A stretch of DNA of 64,000 bases from Paraspadella gotoi. Its lineage: Eukaryota > Animalia > Chaetognatha. Location of the stretch: the NCBI GenBank assembly GCA_051294375.1, contig CM119271.1:14824770-14888769 (forward strand). The letters run 5' to 3'. Below the pieces are notes generated by a model. The model saw only the letters and a program-made list of their open reading frames with translations. It searched no databases and was not told the DNA's origin. Position numbers and translations under genes: made by a program. This document shows positions 59,722-64,000 of this stretch, one piece after another; position 1 is the first letter of the stretch; each line of letters opens with the position of its first letter.

Positions 59722-61582
59722 CCTTACCTTCGGTCAAGAGATGGCAGGCGATCTCGAGAAAGTCCGACCCGAAGAGAATGAGGTAAGGAACGACGGGGAA
59801 AAGAAGGTAAAGGACATAGAGGGAATTTTGGAGGAAGTACTTGAGGAGTATTTGGAGGAGGGAGTAACAGAGGACGGAGGAGAAGGAGAGGACGAGGGCG
59901 AGCTTGGTGGCGGGGACGAGCCAGAAGGAAAGAGAGGCCATGGATTTGGAAGCCGTCACCTGGGATTGGGAGGGGCGGAGGGGAAGAGGAAGGCGAAAGG
60001 AGAGGCGGAGGGGAAAAGGAAGAGGCGGAGGGGTAGAGGAAGGCGAAAGGATAAATATTTTTAATCAAGGAGCCAATGTAGTAAATTTTATGAGTTTTGA
60101 CTTAAAGGAAGAACATTCCTGGATACTCCTCCGTAGAAGTTTTGCGCCTAATTCTTCTTAATATGAAATCGGTGCAACCAATGTAAAAATTATGCATTTA
60201 ATTATTAAATAAGCAACCTTGACGCAGGCTTTGGGGGGGTTAAGGCCTTCATCCCTCTCGTACAAGATATATATATATATATTATGCATTTAATTATTAA
60301 ATAAGCAACGCTAACTTTGGGGGGTTAAGGCCTTCATCCCTCTCTTACAAGATAATAACATAGCTGGACCCAGGAAGCTGTAGGGTCTTGCTTTCCAGGT
60401 CATCCTCGCCCCGACCCTCTCCACATCCCTCCCCACACGCCCACGACCTCGAAGACGAATGTCCAGACGAGCCTCCTCGCCATGAAAGCGGCCAAGAAGA
60501 GGACGAGGTTGTCGTCGATGAGATAAAAACTCAGCGCGTACGAGTTGTACGAGTTGGGGATCCACCACACGGTTCTACGGAAGGAAGAGTTCGATATGAG
60601 GGAGAGAGAGAGAGAGAGAGATATCGTTAACGAATGGAAGATAAGTATGTTAGGGTTACGTTCATGGCTTCTTTCCTTCAGGATCGTCTGCCTCCGTTCA
60701 TCTGCGATTCACCAACTCATCGACTTTTTCATAAACATTTATATTTGACAAATAATTTGGTTTTATTACTTTATTATGTGCCCTATTTTACTTTACAGTT
60801 TTATTTCCCGTTGCTCTTTGGTTCTTGTTAGAGTTACAAGAGTTTCAAGTACATAATTTGTACGACATATACTGTATATTCTTTTCAGGTGGATTGATCG
60901 AAAATCGGGCGAATAATTAGTAAGATTGTGAACAAGCATTACAAAAAGAATTGATATTTTTTTATTCATAATATTTTCAGCTGCTCGTGATGAAGCATTT
61001 TCGAAAGCCGCTTTCCTTATAACCTCATTTAAATTATTTAATATTTCTCATGAAATTGGTACAACCAATATAAAAATTATCCATTCATTTAATATTTCTT
61101 ATATTATCATTAACAACATTCGGTCTTTACGAAAGAGATTCGTACGATTTAAATGATTAATGTTTTTATCGATTTCCTTTTATTTTAAATAATAATAAAT
61201 TCACTAAATAATCACTTAATAGTTAATATCCACCATCGCAATATGCAAATGAGAAATTTGATATTTTTTTAATATGCACCGACCTGTAGATGTTGACGTA
61301 TTGCAGTCCGAGAGCAACGAGGCAATAGGCGAGGAGCAGCAACTCGAAAAAGACGTTTCCATCTAGCGGGATGTCCGTGTAGCGAGGGACGACTACCAGC
61401 GTGGCCAGCCCGTTTAAGGGCCCTCCGGCGCCCGCACCACGGGTTGGGTCGTTGGCGGCGCCGGCGTCAGGGGACTCGGCGCCGGAACCACCTCGCCGAG
61501 TCACGTCCGGCTTTGGCGGAGGGCTGATGCCGAGATTACGGGGATTCGGGTGTCGACCCGCAATGCGTCGTCCGCCGGGCAT
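58174..61582 (-). CDS. TMEM39: Transmembrane protein 39 (TMEM39A/B family), 5 exons
   Basis: MPGGRR..., IPLDGNVFFELL..LQYVNIYR-TVWWIP..SFYLID, SPDSVRAEV..RDDFNTR-LKYVLFTSM..YYVGLIPCCF, LHRVALHLGSW, LVKHVRGLFRSEG..AEPG..HGRFYLLF, NYYILFKLLRDR. Confidence 0.95.
60189..60354. repeat. Local tandem duplication of ~80 bp separated by (AT)n
   Basis: attatgcatttaattattaaataagcaac...ctttggggggttaaggccttcatccctct..tacaagata occurs twice. Confidence 0.85.
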
Positions 61583-61757
61583 TTTACTTTATTTTAAAAA
61601 TATTATTAATATTTCATTTGTGTTCGATGAAGTAACGTTTTTTCGTCGGTGGCAAGGGACATAATTTCAAGATAACTAAAAAAAAGACAAGGCGGCCGGG
61701 GAAATAACAATATTGATATCAAGAATTTGATATTCGTAACATTTTTTTTTGTCACAA

Positions 61758-61810
<53 letters not shown>

Positions 61811-62358
61811 AGAGAAAGAAAAACATCTTTATTTAACGATGAAAAGAGGGGAGATAAATAGACCAAAAAAATAAGCCAACAGCCGCATAATAAATTAGAA
61901 AATGAATCGGTCAGGAAAAAAAAATCTCAACTAGCTGGCAAGAAGTCTTAAATCCACATTTCCACCAAAGAAAAAATACTAACATGACCAGAGAGAGAGA
62001 GAGAGACGGAGAGAAATGGGAGAATAGAAAATGGGACTTGATGGAAGAGAAAGAAAGAGTTCCGAGCGAGGAAGTGTATATGAAGGAAAAGAAAGGGAAT
62101 GAACATTCATATCTAAAAAAAAAAACAAATTTATCATCTTTGAAAAACACAAGAGGAATAGTTCAATGTTACTAATAATTGTAGCTAATATTAAAAGGCG
62201 AGTCCGGTATTTGCATATATGTTATATTTTAAATATAAAGCTAGACATAGTGAATCTCAAATTTGTTTTTTGCTAAATGTAAAGTTGAAGACAAATTACA
62301 ATGTAATCCTTTAAATTAATCATAATACAAAATCCGGTTCATACGCCTGGCCCAATCG

Positions 62359-63753
62359 TCAACTCCCCTCGCCATTCCCGCCATTCTCTTCAAAGTATCG
62401 ATCCCTGACGGCGTCGATGCACTGACACCAGTCGATGGCGCCACCTTCCGGATCCGTCAGGTCGTAGGTTCGATTCGGCGTCCGAATCTCGAATTTTTTA
62501 AAGTTGAAGAACTTTGTGTTCAACTCCGTCGACCAAGGGACTTCGCCCTTCAACTCTTTCTTCTCCGGATCGACGTAGAAGAGGCGAGGCCCTTCGGTGA
62601 GGAGGAACATGCGGCGCCGCGCCGGATAGTGGGCGCGCCGCTTCTTCTCCAGGACGCCGGACTTGAGGATGAGGCGACCTTCGACGAAGTCGGCGTACTC
62701 GTGGGAGCGCTGTTTGACGCGCTCCGAGATCTGGATGGGTTACGGAGGTAAAAAGGAATCGTATATGAAATTGGTACAACCAATTAAAAATTAATCATCA
62801 ATTTAATGAATAAGCTATCTTGTCCTGGAATTTATCATAAAAGAGTGATGGAGGCCATAACCCATCATATCCTGTCTAATGACCATTGCAGATCCGCCCC
62901 CTAACACAACCTTTTAATCAAGACTCTCAGTCTCGTTTATTCACTCCCAGAGTATCTGGCTTCCCCATCAATGAAGTGGTATAATATATGTAGTACATTA
63001 TGTACATGTTATGTAGTTGTTTCATGTTTCAATGTTTCCTACCTTAAGATTTACTACGTACTCGAATTTTAAAAGGTTTTACAACGATTTCCACATATAC
63101 CCCCCCCCTCGTTGATTCACCTTGTCCGCCTCGGAAAGGCTCATCATCTCTCGAATGGCGGGCAGCGTCGACGACGCCGTCCAGGCGGTGGAGGAAGGCT
63201 GGCGGGTGAAGGACTCGGAGGCGGTAGAGTTGTTGTTGTTGTGATTGTTACCGGCAAAGGAGGAGGGAGAGGCGCCGTCGGAAGAGGAAGAGCTGGCGGA
63301 GGCGACGGCGATGGGGACGGCGCCGTTGACGGGACGATTGGAGGCGGCGGCGAAATCGTCTTCGACGTCATCTTCATCGTCGTCTTCGTCCTTATTTTTA
63401 TTCATTCCGGAAATTACGGCGCGAGCAAAGTCTTCCTCGTTGAAACTAGGACATCAAATATATTTTGATAATTAGATTAACAATCAATAAACTTAATTTA
63501 TTAACGCAGTCATCATTTCCAACCCGGCGTTGCTGGTATCCTCGGCGCCATTCGCGGCGCCTTTCGGTCGCCCGTCTCGATCGGAAGCGTCGAGCGGCGC
63601 CTTCTGCAGGTGGAGCGTCTCCCAGTCGACGCCGTCGAAAAAGGCGTGCCGGACGAGTCGGCCGAATCCGCCGGATCCGTCGGCGCCGAGACGCTTCTCG
63701 GGGTCGAGGACGACGAGACGCTCGACGAGGTCGCGGGCCGTCGAGTCGAAGTC
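62359..63753 (-). CDS. PDPK1: 3-phosphoinositide-dependent protein kinase 1, last three exons (kinase C-lobe end and PH domain); 5' part beyond the window
   Basis: DFDSTARDLVERLVVLDPEKRLG...HAFFDGVDWETLH; PH domain ILKSGVLEKKR...ARRRMFLLTEGPRLFYVDPEKKELKGEVPWS...IRTPNRTYDLTDP. Confidence 0.95.
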
Positions 63754-64000
63754 CTGGAGGTTGAGAGGAAGAAGTTGGGGTTGGGAAAGGGGGGAAGGGA
63801 AAGTTTGTTAAGAAATATACAGATAATCCAAATAACTGTTTTCTCCCTCAAAAAATTCGTCTAAATTTTTGGGAAAACCAAAAACGCAAATATATAAACA
63901 ATTATTTCCTTTTTTTTTTTTTTACAAATTTTTCTATTGTGGCGGTATATTCACACCGCCTCATGTCCACCGTCCTTCAGCCAAATCCATTGGCTCAGAG

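Larger units (their letters stand above)
505..62222. other. Dispersed ~20-bp octamer-containing motif AATCTCATTTGCATATTG(y)CGT with polarity relative to splice sites
   Basis: About 19 copies; positions are listed in the findings. Confidence 0.8.

Noticed and set aside
1168-63864. Numerous plus-strand ORFs in the six-frame track (e.g. 1168-1998, 11431-12120, 27166-27825, 33796-34422, 59462-60064)
   Set aside because: They are antisense shadows of GC-rich minus-strand exons or microsatellite read-through, with no recognisable domains.

Overview
Gene-dense, intron-containing animal (metazoan) genomic DNA with GC/CpG-rich exons and AT-rich introns; the taxon cannot be fixed from sequence alone. 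I reconstruct 16 protein-coding genes and all lie on the minus strand. In transcription order they are PDPK1 (3' part), TMEM39, ATP1B, TRAPPC12, CDS (CDP-DAG synthase), a PLEKHG1/2/3-type RhoGEF, EHBP1, SURF6, POLR1C, an orphan gene, NDUFV2, a C2H2 zinc-finger gene, GLCE, LYRM1, a very long REC114-like gene and WLS (5' part). Several stop-to-start gaps are under 500 bp, suggesting operon-like organisation. The most unusual signal is a ~20-bp octamer-containing motif (AATCTCATTTGCATATTG) present about 19 times. It sits just inside intron ends with strict polarity: one orientation after splice donors, the reverse complement before acceptors. Mobile DNA includes tRNA-containing solo-LTR-like elements, Helentron/DINE-1-like HINEs, and a 7.2-kb hAT-type element with a perfect 8-bp TSD that holds nested HINEs and a Penelope-like element with minimal hammerhead ribozymes. 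Gene identities come from my recollection of homologous sequences, not from database searches, and exon boundaries were inferred by hand.
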